Below are positions 9,115 through 19,199 of a DNA stretch of 64,000 bases, piece after piece (within the stretch, counting starts at the first letter, position 1; every line of letters starts with the position of its first letter). Under the pieces are notes generated by a model. It saw nothing but the letters and a program-made list of their open reading frames with translations. It searched no databases and was not told the DNA's origin. This DNA comes from a virus. The stretch covers positions 105,070 to 169,069 of the IMG/VR virus record IMGVR_UViG_3300043449_000492; one strand, given 5' to 3'. The translations under genes and the position numbers were made by a program.

Positions 9115-10309
9115 TTGCCAACCAATTAAGAATTGTATTGCATGTGGTAGTGATATGTTATCTGAGGTACTTGATCTTGATACCCAGCCGCTCGCAAATG
9201 ATTACAAGAACACAAAGGATGAAGTGCAGCAGGAGTTTCCCCTTGCTATTAATCGCTGCACAGTATGTGATCATGTCCAACTAACACATCAAGTCAATCC
9301 AGAATTGATGTTCAAGAATTATGCTTATGTGTCTGGAGTTTCGCAAACTCTTAAAGATTGGTTCACGTGGCTTATATCTTATACTAATCAGACCTTTGAT
9401 GGAACAATCAATAACACACTAGACATTGGTTGCAACGACGGATCCATGCTTGATGCATGGAGTAACAATGTTGAAACATACGGTGTCGATCCTGCAGAGA
9501 ATCTTCATTCTATTTCAACTGGTAAAGGTCACAAGGTTCATTGTGGATTCTTTTCAGGTAAAGAGTTTGAAGGAAAGACCTTTGATGTTATCACTTGTCT
9601 AAATGCATTTGCACATAATGCCAATCAGTTAGAGCTACTTAAGAACGTCAAGGAAGTTATGCATGATAACTCAGTTTTAATTTGCTCAACATCACAAGCA
9701 GACATGATTCGTAATGGAGAGTTTGATACAATCTACCATGAGCATGTTTCTTTCTATAACATTCTATCTGCGAAGAGAATTAGTGAAAGAGCTGGTCTAA
9801 ATCTAATTGATGTTGTTAAGCATCCTATTCATGGTAATAGTTTTATCTTTTTCATGTCCAAGAATAAAAAGAATCAACATTATATTGACGCTATGTTAGA
9901 GATTGAACAGCTAACAGGTTTGCATGATGATAAAGTCTATAAGGAGTTTGCTGAGAAAGCTTATAACACAGCTAACACGTTTGGCATCACCATTCGTTCT
10001 TTTCGAGGACAATATCCAATCATAGGTTATTCTGCACCCGCAAAGGGTATGACCCTTATGAACTTTGCTAAAGAAGGTCCAGATGTTATCTTTGAAGATA
10101 CTATTCAGAAGCAGGGCAAGTTTACTCCTGGTCTAGGTATTCCAATCATTGCTCCAGACTACAAAGCTTATGAAAATGAAGAAAGAGTTGTTTGGGTTGT
10201 TCTAGCTTGGAATGTGTATGATGAGATTGTGGCTAAGATCAAATCTAATCGACCTGGCAAAAATGATATCTTTGTAAGATACTATCCAACATTTGAGGTG
10301 ATTACATGA
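9107..10309 (+). CDS. NDP-hexose C-methyltransferase
   Basis: CxxC...CxxC Zn site, DIGCNDG, FDTIYHEH, APAKG. Confidence 0.88.
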   Translation: MSDCQPIKNCIACGSDMLSEVLDLDTQPLANDYKNTKDEVQQEFPLAINRCTVCDHVQLTHQVNPELMFKNYAYVSGVSQTLKDWFTWLISYTNQTFDGTINNTLDIGCNDGSMLDAWSNNVETYGVDPAENLHSISTGKGHKVHCGFFSGKEFEGKTFDVITCLNAFAHNANQLELLKNVKEVMHDNSVLICSTSQADMIRNGEFDTIYHEHVSFYNILSAKRISERAGLNLIDVVKHPIHGNSFIFFMSKNKKNQHYIDAMLEIEQLTGLHDDKVYKEFAEKAYNTANTFGITIRSFRGQYPIIGYSAPAKGMTLMNFAKEGPDVIFEDTIQKQGKFTPGLGIPIIAPDYKAYENEERVVWVVLAWNVYDEIVAKIKSNRPGKNDIFVRYYPTFEVIT

Positions 10310-11175
10310 AGCCAGTTTTGAAAGTAGGATTTGTTGATTACTTCAATCCAGTCGATGAGTTTTTCACAGACATTCTTTCAGAAGATTTTGAGGTAGTTAG
10401 GGATGATAATAATCCCGACTATCTTTTTTTCTGTGACGAGACGTTTGGTGAGCGTAATAAGTTGTATGATCCTAATAAGGTGAAAAAGATTTTCTACACC
10501 GGAGAGAATCGTCGTCCCTGGGGATATTCAGCACATCATGCCGTTTCATTTGATCACTTAGATAGTCCACAGTTTTATCGGCTTCCATTATATGCACTAG
10601 AGAACTGGGTCAATCAAAAGAAGCTTGGTTGGAAGAACGTCAAAGACTTTAAGAGAACTATGAAAGCTGACGACAAGGAAGGCTTCTGTTCTTTTGTTGT
10701 TCGTAATGGAGGTTGTAATGAGCGTAATGAAATTTTTAACATACTCAATTCTTACAAGACGGTTGACTCTGGTGGACCTCTATTCAATAACGTCGGCGGT
10801 CCGATCGATCAAGATGGCTTCAACTCTCATGTAACGAAGACCGACTTTATTAAGAAGCGCAAGTTCCACATTGCATATGAGAATAGCATGTGGCCGGGAT
10901 ATGTAACGGAAAAGATTCTTCATGGCTTTCTAGGTGAGTCTATTCCAATCTACTGGGGTTCTCCTTGCGTAGAAATGGATTTTAATCCTGACGCTTTCAT
11001 TAGTCGTCATAAGTTTAAATCAACTGCAGAGATGGTCGAATTTATTCAGCTTGTGGACACACACGATTCGTTGTATAATGAAATCATGGCTCAACCTCTA
11101 TTTAACAAGAACAATCGATTCCTAGACTTTAGGAACTTTAGATATTGGTTCAAGGAGAATGTATATAAGCCATGA
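10306..11175 (+). CDS. GT10 alpha-1,3-fucosyltransferase-like protein
   Basis: FYTGEN, KFHIAYENS..GYVTEKI, IPIYWG. Confidence 0.9.
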   Translation: MKPVLKVGFVDYFNPVDEFFTDILSEDFEVVRDDNNPDYLFFCDETFGERNKLYDPNKVKKIFYTGENRRPWGYSAHHAVSFDHLDSPQFYRLPLYALENWVNQKKLGWKNVKDFKRTMKADDKEGFCSFVVRNGGCNERNEIFNILNSYKTVDSGGPLFNNVGGPIDQDGFNSHVTKTDFIKKRKFHIAYENSMWPGYVTEKILHGFLGESIPIYWGSPCVEMDFNPDAFISRHKFKSTAEMVEFIQLVDTHDSLYNEIMAQPLFNKNNRFLDFRNFRYWFKENVYKP

Positions 11176-11969
11176 AGAAGATCGGTTATTATCATGTGTT
11201 TCTAACAGAAAACGAATCCACTTGGCTTAGTATGCTCATGGAGCAATACAAGGTCATGGAAGATTCTGGCTTGTTTGAAGCATTAGATGAGTTTCATCTT
11301 GTCTGTGTAGGAAGAACAGATGAGCAGTTTGATAAGGCATTATACTTTACAGGTCTTTACTATCCATCTGTAATGCAGATTCGTGTAATAAATCCTGTTG
11401 AAGATAGTAACCTTATTGAATCAATTAAAACTCAGCCAAATGTTCTTATGACCGAAAATATTACCATGCGCCTAATATACGATAGAGTAAAGTCTACTAA
11501 TGAAGAAGAATACATTCTTTATTTTCATACTAAAGGCATTACATCTACTCTAAGACATTTTCAAAATAGCTACGAGGAGATTAATCTTTTCAGGACTTAT
11601 CAATACTGGAGACATTATCTCAACTATGGTGTTTTAGAGAAGTGGGAAGAATGTGTTAGAGCATTAACATTCGGTTATGATATTGCAGGTATCAATCATC
11701 AGTTATATCCTCATTCACATTATAGTGGAAACTTCTGGTGGGCAAAGTCAAGTCATCTTGCATCGTTGCCTGATCCGGGAACATATGATTGGTGGGAAGA
11801 AGTCAAGGCTAATGCACATGATCCTTGGTTGAAGCAAGCTGACAATCGTTATGCTGATGAGCAATGGCCATGCTCTAAGAAAGATGGAAGATACTATAAC
11901 GTAGAAAAGGGTATTCCAAATCCTGCTAATGTTTACACACCAAGAAAGGTATATGTAACATGCGATTAG
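11172..11969 (+). CDS. hypothetical glycosyltransferase-like protein
   Basis: ILYFHTKG...HYSGNFWWA motif family. Confidence 0.6.
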   Translation: MKKIGYYHVFLTENESTWLSMLMEQYKVMEDSGLFEALDEFHLVCVGRTDEQFDKALYFTGLYYPSVMQIRVINPVEDSNLIESIKTQPNVLMTENITMRLIYDRVKSTNEEEYILYFHTKGITSTLRHFQNSYEEINLFRTYQYWRHYLNYGVLEKWEECVRALTFGYDIAGINHQLYPHSHYSGNFWWAKSSHLASLPDPGTYDWWEEVKANAHDPWLKQADNRYADEQWPCSKKDGRYYNVEKGIPNPANVYTPRKVYVTCD

Positions 11970-12661
11970 CAATTGCTTTCTTTGGAATTCTCTATGGTAA
12001 GGGTGGTAAGACTGGTTGCGATAGAGACTTTAGACATTGTTGGCCTAACATTGAGCGTATGGTTGTGCAACCGTATCGAGACGCTGGTCATGATGTAAAG
12101 TTATTCTTCTCTAGCTATCCTTTTGAAGACAAAGCTATCGAACAAGAGTTTTACGATATGGTAAAGCCTGACAAGATTGTATTTTCGCAGCTTGCAGGTT
12201 CCGATGCATTCACTTCTAAGACTGCATTATTTCAGACATTCATGAATGACTCCAGTGTAGATACCATCATATATACTAGAGCGGATATGCACTGGAACAA
12301 AAAGTTCATAGACACTAATATTAATTATGATAGGTTTAACTTTCTATTCAAAGAAAGAGACTGGTGGCAATCACACATGTATGCCTGTGATAACCTCTAC
12401 ATCTTTCCACAACATATGTCAGAAGCAACTCTTAGAGCAATGTTGGACGATCACGCTTCTCCTGCTAAGTCGATCCATAAGCATGAGTTACCTAGATTTC
12501 TTATGAGATATATCAATCCTGATCAGATAAACTTTATGTCTAAAGAACATCAATATAGTGATATGAATAACTTTTACACACTTTGTCGAAACGAACTAAG
12601 ACCAGAGTGTAGAGGTGAGTTTATGCATCCTGACGTAGCAGAAAGGTTTGGTTACGAATGA
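11960..12661 (+). CDS. hypothetical protein (MRLAIAFFG family)
   Basis: RAD and CDNLYIF motifs; sugar cluster context. Confidence 0.6.
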   Translation: MRLAIAFFGILYGKGGKTGCDRDFRHCWPNIERMVVQPYRDAGHDVKLFFSSYPFEDKAIEQEFYDMVKPDKIVFSQLAGSDAFTSKTALFQTFMNDSSVDTIIYTRADMHWNKKFIDTNINYDRFNFLFKERDWWQSHMYACDNLYIFPQHMSEATLRAMLDDHASPAKSIHKHELPRFLMRYINPDQINFMSKEHQYSDMNNFYTLCRNELRPECRGEFMHPDVAERFGYE

Positions 12662-13290
12662 ATATTATATTTGAAGTAGGTGCAAATCAAGGACAAGATA
12701 CAGAACAGTTTCTAGCTGATCCTAATAATGAAGTTTATAGTTTTGAACCTGTACCGGATTTGGCACATTTTCTTTGGCAGAGATTTGGTGACAATCCTAG
12801 ATTTCATCTTTCGACATGTGCTATTGATATGGATAATGGATGGAAGCCATTTAACATTTCAAAGAATGGTGATTGGGGCTGTTCAAGTCTTCATAGCTTT
12901 GCCAAGAACATTAACGAGACATGGCCAGGCCGTGATGACTTTGCCTTTCAGCAGACTATTCAGAATGTAATGTGTATGCGTCTTGACACATTCATGGACA
13001 TTTATAATATTGACCATATTGACTATATTCACATTGATGCACAGGGTAATGACTTTAGAGTTATTCAGTCTCTTGGTACCAAGATTGATTCAGTTAAAGC
13101 TGGTGTTGTTGAGGTTGCTAATAAGGTTGAGCTATATGATGTTCCTGATAATCATATTACAACTGTGCTTCCTTGGCTGGAACATCGTGGCTTCTCTGTT
13201 AGAGCGGAGTTTGATGGTGTAGGAAAGCCTTATGTTGGTGCATGTGCTATCAATGGAAATGAGGTCAATCTATTCTTTCATAGGCCATAA
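12658..13290 (+). CDS. FkbM-family methyltransferase
   Basis: EVGANQG, SFEP, IDYIHIDAQG. Confidence 0.9.
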   Translation: MNIIFEVGANQGQDTEQFLADPNNEVYSFEPVPDLAHFLWQRFGDNPRFHLSTCAIDMDNGWKPFNISKNGDWGCSSLHSFAKNINETWPGRDDFAFQQTIQNVMCMRLDTFMDIYNIDHIDYIHIDAQGNDFRVIQSLGTKIDSVKAGVVEVANKVELYDVPDNHITTVLPWLEHRGFSVRAEFDGVGKPYVGACAINGNEVNLFFHRP

Positions 13291-13292
13291 TA

Positions 13293-13979
13293 ATGAAGAT
13301 TGCATTATGTTTAAGTGGTCGTCCAAGATCATATCGAAAAGGTTTTGAATATCATAAGCGTAATCTATTAGATAAACATGATGTGGAAGTTTTTGTTCAC
13401 ACATGGCAAGATATAGAAGATGATGCTTTTCAGTTTCTTGATTATGAATATGATCCTGTTTCAATAACAACGTCCCCCACATTTTCAGATGATGCTTTTA
13501 TAAACTATCCTGTCGAGCATCCTGACTGGCCGCCGAAGAATGCCATTCATATGATGTATGGGGTATTCAAGGCAAATGAACTAAAGAGAGAACGTGAATT
13601 AGTAAATGGCTTCCGTTATGATATTGTCATCCGTTCTCGTTTTGATTTCGCATTGAATCGAGAAATTGATTTTGAGGTAGAGCCTGGGAAAGTATATGTT
13701 CCAAATGATTATATCAAAGGTCGTATTGCTCCTAACGGAATCATTTGTAATGACCAGTTTGCTGTTGGTGATAGTCCGACAATGGATCTATACTCTAACA
13801 CATTCTGGAACATTGATAGAGCAGTAGCTTTAGGTGCACCTGTGATTGGTGAAGACTTGCTTTCTGTCAATCTACAAATCGCTGGCATCATCAATGAGAA
13901 GATGGTCTATATAGATATGAACCACCCATTCCCACCGGGTAAGTATAACAATACTCCACATTCGTTATTGAGAGATTAA
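13293..13979 (+). CDS. hypothetical glycosyltransferase-like protein (MKIALCLSG family)
   Basis: SGRPR, YDIVIRSRFD, NDQFA. Confidence 0.65.
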   Translation: MKIALCLSGRPRSYRKGFEYHKRNLLDKHDVEVFVHTWQDIEDDAFQFLDYEYDPVSITTSPTFSDDAFINYPVEHPDWPPKNAIHMMYGVFKANELKRERELVNGFRYDIVIRSRFDFALNREIDFEVEPGKVYVPNDYIKGRIAPNGIICNDQFAVGDSPTMDLYSNTFWNIDRAVALGAPVIGEDLLSVNLQIAGIINEKMVYIDMNHPFPPGKYNNTPHSLLRD

Positions 13980-13981
13980 TC

Positions 13982-15364
13982 ATGAGCTACAACAAACTTG
14001 TAATCTTTGACCTTGATGGTGTTCTCCTAGATTCCCGTGATCTACATTTCCATGCATTAAATGCCGCTCTAATGGAGCAGGACACGCATTATGTGATTAC
14101 AAGAGAAGAACACTTATCGACCTATGATGGTCTTCCTACCAAAGTGAAGATGAAGTTCCTAACCGAGAAGAAAGGTCTTCCTCCTACTCTTTATGATCAA
14201 GTATGGAAAGATAAGCAGGATGCTACAATTAAACTCTTGACACAATTGCAAGTTGATGATAAACTGGTACATATATTCAAGAGTCTTAAGGAACATGGCT
14301 TCCAGATTGCAGTTGCATCTAACTCTATTCGTAATACGGTAAAGATTACTTTGCTTCGCCTAGGCATTATGGATTACGTTGACTATTACCAAACCAACGA
14401 AGATGTGAAACGCTCTAAGCCATATCCTGAAATGTATTGGAATTGTATGATGGCTTGTAATGCCATTCCTGATACAACAGTGATCGTTGAAGATAGTCAT
14501 ATTGGTAGACAAGGCGCAATTGACTCTGGAGCTAAGTTGCTTCCTGTAGAAGATGCACATGATCTAACGTGGGAAAAGGTTGAAAAAGTGGTTCATGAAT
14601 TAAAAGATACAAATGTAAAGAAGATTCCGTGGCGTGATAGTAAACTCAACGTCCTGATTCCTATGGCGGGAGCAGGCTCTCGCTTTGCTACGATGGGTTA
14701 TACATTTCCCAAGCCTCTTATTGAAGTTCGTGGTAAGCCAATGATTCAGGTCGTTGTTGAGAACTTGAACATTGAAGCCAACTATCATTTCATTGTTCAG
14801 AAAGAACATTACGAGAAATATAATCTAAAGTATTTACTTAACCTTATTGCACCTGGCTGCAATATCATTCAAGTTGATGGAATGACAGAAGGTGCTGCTT
14901 GCACAACGCTCCTTGCTAAGGAGTTTATCAATAACGGTTGCTCGTTATTGATTGCTAATTCAGATCAATTTATTGAGTGGAATTCTAATGAGATTATGTA
15001 TGCTTTTAATAATGATGAGATTGATGCAGGTATGCTCACATTTAAGGCTACGCACCCTAAATGGTCATATGCGAAAATTGGTAAGAATGGTTTTGTTGAA
15101 GAAGTTGCGGAGAAGAAAGTCATATCAGATAGCGCAACTGTTGGTGTTTATTTCTGGAAACATGGATCTGATTATGTCAAGTATGCGGAGCAGATGATCG
15201 CCAAGGACGTTCGTGTCAATAACGAGTTTTATGTCTGTCCGGTATTCAATGAAGCAATTGCGGACAAGAAAAAGATTCGTGTAAAACAGATTCCAAGAAT
15301 GTGGGGTATTGGCACACCAGAAGATTTGAACTCTTTTCTAGATACATACAAAGGTGAACTATGA
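13982..15364 (+). CDS. HAD phosphatase / sugar-nucleotidyltransferase fusion
   Basis: DLDGVL, KP.P, EDS (HAD); IPMAGAGSRF..PKPLI, GTPEDL (NTP transferase). Confidence 0.9.
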   Translation: MSYNKLVIFDLDGVLLDSRDLHFHALNAALMEQDTHYVITREEHLSTYDGLPTKVKMKFLTEKKGLPPTLYDQVWKDKQDATIKLLTQLQVDDKLVHIFKSLKEHGFQIAVASNSIRNTVKITLLRLGIMDYVDYYQTNEDVKRSKPYPEMYWNCMMACNAIPDTTVIVEDSHIGRQGAIDSGAKLLPVEDAHDLTWEKVEKVVHELKDTNVKKIPWRDSKLNVLIPMAGAGSRFATMGYTFPKPLIEVRGKPMIQVVVENLNIEANYHFIVQKEHYEKYNLKYLLNLIAPGCNIIQVDGMTEGAACTTLLAKEFINNGCSLLIANSDQFIEWNSNEIMYAFNNDEIDAGMLTFKATHPKWSYAKIGKNGFVEEVAEKKVISDSATVGVYFWKHGSDYVKYAEQMIAKDVRVNNEFYVCPVFNEAIADKKKIRVKQIPRMWGIGTPEDLNSFLDTYKGEL

Positions 15365-15822
15365 GATTAATCTCCCATCGTGGAAATCTAACCGGTCCAA
15401 ACTTTACTGATGAGAATAAGCCTTGGTATATTGAAGAAGCTGTTAAAGCAGGATTTAATGTAGAGGTTGACATTTGGTATGTTAAAGGTAAGTGGTTCAC
15501 TGGTCATGACGAGCCACTTCATGAAGTAACGATTGAATGGTTATCTAATAAGAACTTTTGGCTACATTGTAAGAATGTAGAAGCATTTGAACAGATGACT
15601 TACATTTCACCACAGCTTCATTACTTTTGGCATGGCATTGATTGTTATACTCTAACAAGTGCTAATATACCTTGGGTCTATCCAGGGAAGCAGACATTCA
15701 AGACTGCGATATGTGTATTGCCCGAGCATGGTGAAGGACTTGATAAGATTAGGAATCTAGATGTGTATGGTTTCTGTTCCGATTATATTGAAAAGATTGC
15801 GGAGATTGTGAAATGCAAGTAA
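15361..15822 (+). CDS. PLC-like/glycerophosphodiester phosphodiesterase-like protein
   Basis: ISHRGN, EN, VEVDIW, GHD, CSDY. Confidence 0.8.
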   Translation: MRLISHRGNLTGPNFTDENKPWYIEEAVKAGFNVEVDIWYVKGKWFTGHDEPLHEVTIEWLSNKNFWLHCKNVEAFEQMTYISPQLHYFWHGIDCYTLTSANIPWVYPGKQTFKTAICVLPEHGEGLDKIRNLDVYGFCSDYIEKIAEIVKCK

Positions 15823-17048
15823 CTGTAATTGGCGCCGGCGGCCACGTTGGACTACCTTTTTCTCTTGTCGTTGCTGCAGCTGGGCATAATGTCTATGGTG
15901 TTGATATCAATGAAAAGGTTGTAGAAACACTAAATAAAGGTATCGTACCTTATATCGAACACGGTGCGGAAGAACTGTTGGCTAAGCATCTTAAGCAAGG
16001 CAACATTGCTTTTACTACACAATTTTTTTCTATTAAGGTCTCAGATGTTATCGCTGTGATGCTAGGGACACCAGTAGATGCAGAGAATAATCCTCGTCTT
16101 GATGACTTATTTAATTTCATTGATAATGCTCTTTTGCCTCGTATTCAGCGAGGGCAGCTTATCATCCTTCGTTCAACTATTTCGCCAGGTACTACAGAAG
16201 TAGTCAAAGAACGAATTGAAGAAGCTACGGGTTGGATTGAAGGCAAAGACTTTTATCTAGTCTTTTGTCCAGAACGAGTGCTGCAAACAAAGGGTATTGA
16301 AGAAACCTCAAAGTTGCCTGCACTCGTTGGAGCGTTCTCTGATGAGAGTTATAAGAAGGCTGCAGAGTTTCTAGCTACGTTTATTGATAATAGTTTGTTT
16401 CAGCTTACACCAAGAGAAGCCGAAATTGCAAAGTTAATGACAAACATGTGGCGTTATGTCTCGTTTGCTTTTGCTAATGAAATGTATATGATCGGAGACA
16501 AGCATGGCGTTGATATTCATGAAGTCATTAAAGCCTCAAACTACGGCTATGAGAGAATGGCTGTTCCAATGCCGGGACCAAATGTCGGTGGTCCTTGTCT
16601 CTTTAAAGATGGTAGGTTTCTTCTTGATAGTGTACCTTTTGCTGACCTTATTCAGGTTAGCTTTCTTGTTAATGAGGGGATGCCTGACTATATCTACCAC
16701 TCTATCACGAAACTTACTCCGAAACTAAAGAACGTATTGATTCTTGGTGCTACGTTTAAGGCAAACTGTGATGACACAAGAAACAGTCTATCATTCAAGA
16801 TGAAGAAAGTTTTGAAGAAGCATGGTGTAGAGGTAGACATGCTTGATCCTTTTATCAAGAATCTACAACCATCCGATAGCACTTTTGAGACTTATGATGC
16901 AGTAATTGTTATGACTCCTCATGACATGTTTAAAGATTATTATGGTCCACACATGTTTAGAAAAGATTGCATCGTTGCAGATGTTTGGAAGATGTGGGAC
17001 AAGAGTAAAGAAACAAAGAATGGAATTTATAGAGCAGGAGGCTTTTGA
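15813..17048 (+). CDS. UDP-glucose/GDP-mannose dehydrogenase family protein
   Basis: GHVGLP, GTP, RSTI.PGTT, CPER, GGPCL.KD. Confidence 0.93.
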   Translation: MQVTVIGAGGHVGLPFSLVVAAAGHNVYGVDINEKVVETLNKGIVPYIEHGAEELLAKHLKQGNIAFTTQFFSIKVSDVIAVMLGTPVDAENNPRLDDLFNFIDNALLPRIQRGQLIILRSTISPGTTEVVKERIEEATGWIEGKDFYLVFCPERVLQTKGIEETSKLPALVGAFSDESYKKAAEFLATFIDNSLFQLTPREAEIAKLMTNMWRYVSFAFANEMYMIGDKHGVDIHEVIKASNYGYERMAVPMPGPNVGGPCLFKDGRFLLDSVPFADLIQVSFLVNEGMPDYIYHSITKLTPKLKNVLILGATFKANCDDTRNSLSFKMKKVLKKHGVEVDMLDPFIKNLQPSDSTFETYDAVIVMTPHDMFKDYYGPHMFRKDCIVADVWKMWDKSKETKNGIYRAGGF

Positions 17049-18043
17049 TGAGTAAGATTTTGGTGACGGGATCAGAAGGATCCTTGATGCAAGCAGTCAT
17101 TCCTAGATTGATTGCAAATGGTCATGTTGTTTATGGTGTTGATAATCTTGCTCGATATGGTGAGCGCCTAGGACATGCTGGAACAGATTACACATTCATC
17201 AAGGCTGATCTAACAGATAAAGAATCGGTCAATAGACTAGTTGAGCAAGTAAAGCCTGACTTTATTATTCAGGCCGCAGCTACAATCTATGGTGTGGGAG
17301 GCTTCAATAAGTATTGTGGTGAAATGTATAAGGACATTGCACTACATGACAATGTGCTTCGTGCTGCTGTCGCTGCTGGTGTTAAGAAGGTTGTTTATAT
17401 CTCTTCGTCAATGGTCTATGAGAATTGTCCACAAGTTATTGGTGAGCCAGTTACAGAAGACATGCCCGATCGATATCCTGCTCCATATACAGACTATGGT
17501 CTATCTAAGTTTGTTGGTGAGCGTGTATCAAGAGCCTACTTTAAGCAGCATGGTCTTAAGTATACCATTTGGCGCCCGTTCAATATCATTACACCATATG
17601 AAAAGAGTGAGAATGAAGAAGTCGGTATCTCACATGTCTTTGCCGACTACATCAAGAACATCGTTGTAGAGAGAAAGCATCCACTTCCAATCATTGGTGA
17701 TGGTATGCAAGTTCGTTGCTTCACTTGGATTGATGAAGTTGCACAGGCTATTGCAGACTATTCGTTTCTTGATAAGACAGACAATGAGACTTACAATCTA
17801 GGTAACGCAGAGCCAATCTCTATGCGTGTTCTCGCTGAGAAAATCATTGATATGGCAGCAACCGAGTTTCTACTATTTCCATCATACTATCCTCTATATA
17901 CTACGATTGGTGAATATGAAAACGATGTTAAGGTTCGTATTCCAGATGTTGATAAGGCAGATAGAGAACTTGATTGGAAAGCTAAACTAAAGGTAGACGA
18001 TTCAGTTCGTATGTGCCTTAAATATGTTGTGGAGAATAAGTAA
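17048..18043 (+). CDS. NAD-dependent epimerase/dehydratase
   Basis: ILVTGSEG, SSS.VY, YGLSK, R.FN, QVRCF. Confidence 0.92.
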   Translation: MSKILVTGSEGSLMQAVIPRLIANGHVVYGVDNLARYGERLGHAGTDYTFIKADLTDKESVNRLVEQVKPDFIIQAAATIYGVGGFNKYCGEMYKDIALHDNVLRAAVAAGVKKVVYISSSMVYENCPQVIGEPVTEDMPDRYPAPYTDYGLSKFVGERVSRAYFKQHGLKYTIWRPFNIITPYEKSENEEVGISHVFADYIKNIVVERKHPLPIIGDGMQVRCFTWIDEVAQAIADYSFLDKTDNETYNLGNAEPISMRVLAEKIIDMAATEFLLFPSYYPLYTTIGEYENDVKVRIPDVDKADRELDWKAKLKVDDSVRMCLKYVVENK

Positions 18044-18333
18044 TGAATAGTAATTGGAAATGGGAACAGCTTCGTCTTTTGATTGAAGGCACACTAGCAC
18101 ACAATGTTCAGTATTCACATGATAAGGCATTCGACCGATATTCTTATCAGCGTGTTCTTGAATGGATGGATTCACTAGATAAGAGAGCGGAAGAAAAAAA
18201 GACTGCTGAACCAGATAGACGAATTCCAGAACCTCCATCAGAAGGAGGATTCATCTTCACTGGTATTCCTACGTTCGATCAAAAAGCGTGGGAAGAAATT
18301 TTAGAACGAAAGGGCTTACAGGGACTATCATGA
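18043..18333 (+). CDS. hypothetical protein
   Basis: ORF coupled to both neighbours. Confidence 0.6.
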   Translation: MNSNWKWEQLRLLIEGTLAHNVQYSHDKAFDRYSYQRVLEWMDSLDKRAEEKKTAEPDRRIPEPPSEGGFIFTGIPTFDQKAWEEILERKGLQGLS

Positions 18334-18830
18334 GTCATACAAATCCAACAAACCCAAATGCAGATTTGCATATCTCGCCTGATGGACAAGACATTATCAA
18401 AGAATTTGAGTCTCTTGTTCTAGAGGCATACGTTGATACAAAAGACAAGCATGGAGATCCTATCTATGCTGTCGGCTGGGGTCATACTGGTCTAGTTGAT
18501 GGTAAGAAGATTGAAAAGGGTCTTAAGATTACCGAAGCAAAGGCACAAGAGTTATTCATGGAAGACATTGCTGAGTTTGAGCGCAAAGTCAAGCATTATG
18601 TAACTGTGCCACTAAATCAGCATCAGTTTGATGCTCTTGTCTCTATGGCATATAATGTTCGCACTTCTAACTTTGTGCAGATGGTTGAGCAGTCAGAACT
18701 TAATAAGGGTGTCTATGATAAGGTTCCCGACGCTATGATGCATTATAATGTATCGGGTGGAAGAGTTTTGAAGGGTCTTACTCGTCGTCGCAAGATGGAA
18801 GCTAACTTGTGGAAGAAGGAGGGGAAGTAA
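18330..18830 (+). CDS. GH24 lysozyme
   Basis: IKEFE..LEAY.D...AVGWGHT, NQHQFDALVS, GLTRRR..E. Confidence 0.92.
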   Translation: MSHTNPTNPNADLHISPDGQDIIKEFESLVLEAYVDTKDKHGDPIYAVGWGHTGLVDGKKIEKGLKITEAKAQELFMEDIAEFERKVKHYVTVPLNQHQFDALVSMAYNVRTSNFVQMVEQSELNKGVYDKVPDAMMHYNVSGGRVLKGLTRRRKMEANLWKKEGK

Positions 18831-18839
18831 TCCCCTCCT
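18817..18839. terminator. hairpin between convergent genes
   Basis: AGGAGGGGA-AGTAA-TCCCCTCCT. Confidence 0.6.
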
Positions 18840-18848
18840 ATAAAACTC

Positions 18849-19151
18849 TTAGGATTCTAGGTCAACGTGGGAAGATGGAGGATATACTGCACCATGTAGT
18901 CTTTCGGCAGTTGCCTTTAGAGTATCTGCAAGTGCTTCGATATCGTCTGCATCTGGGTGTGGCTTAGTTGCACAAACACGAAGCTGCTCAGCAAGATCGT
19001 GAATTTCGTTGACAGCCTCATCAACTGCTTTATTAACAAGCGCAACGGCTTCTTTTAGTTCTTCTAGTTCTAGACTCATTTGTGCTACCTTTCCTTCTAA
19101 GTTGATGATTCTAAGATCATCCAATAATAGATAACGGATCCATTGAAACAT
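18849..19151 (-). CDS. hypothetical coiled-coil protein
   Basis: minus-strand ORF preceded by TATAAATA. Confidence 0.7.
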   Translation of the reverse strand: MFQWIRYLLLDDLRIINLEGKVAQMSLELEELKEAVALVNKAVDEAVNEIHDLAEQLRVCATKPHPDADDIEALADTLKATAERLHGAVYPPSSHVDLES

Positions 19152-19180
19152 CTTTTAACTCCCGGAGTTTGCCTCCTTTC

Positions 19181-19188
19181 TATTTATA
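19181..19188 (-). promoter_or_regulatory. T4-type late promoter
   Basis: TATAAATA on minus strand upstream of 18849..19151. Confidence 0.65.
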
Positions 19189-19199
19189 GGAATCAATAA

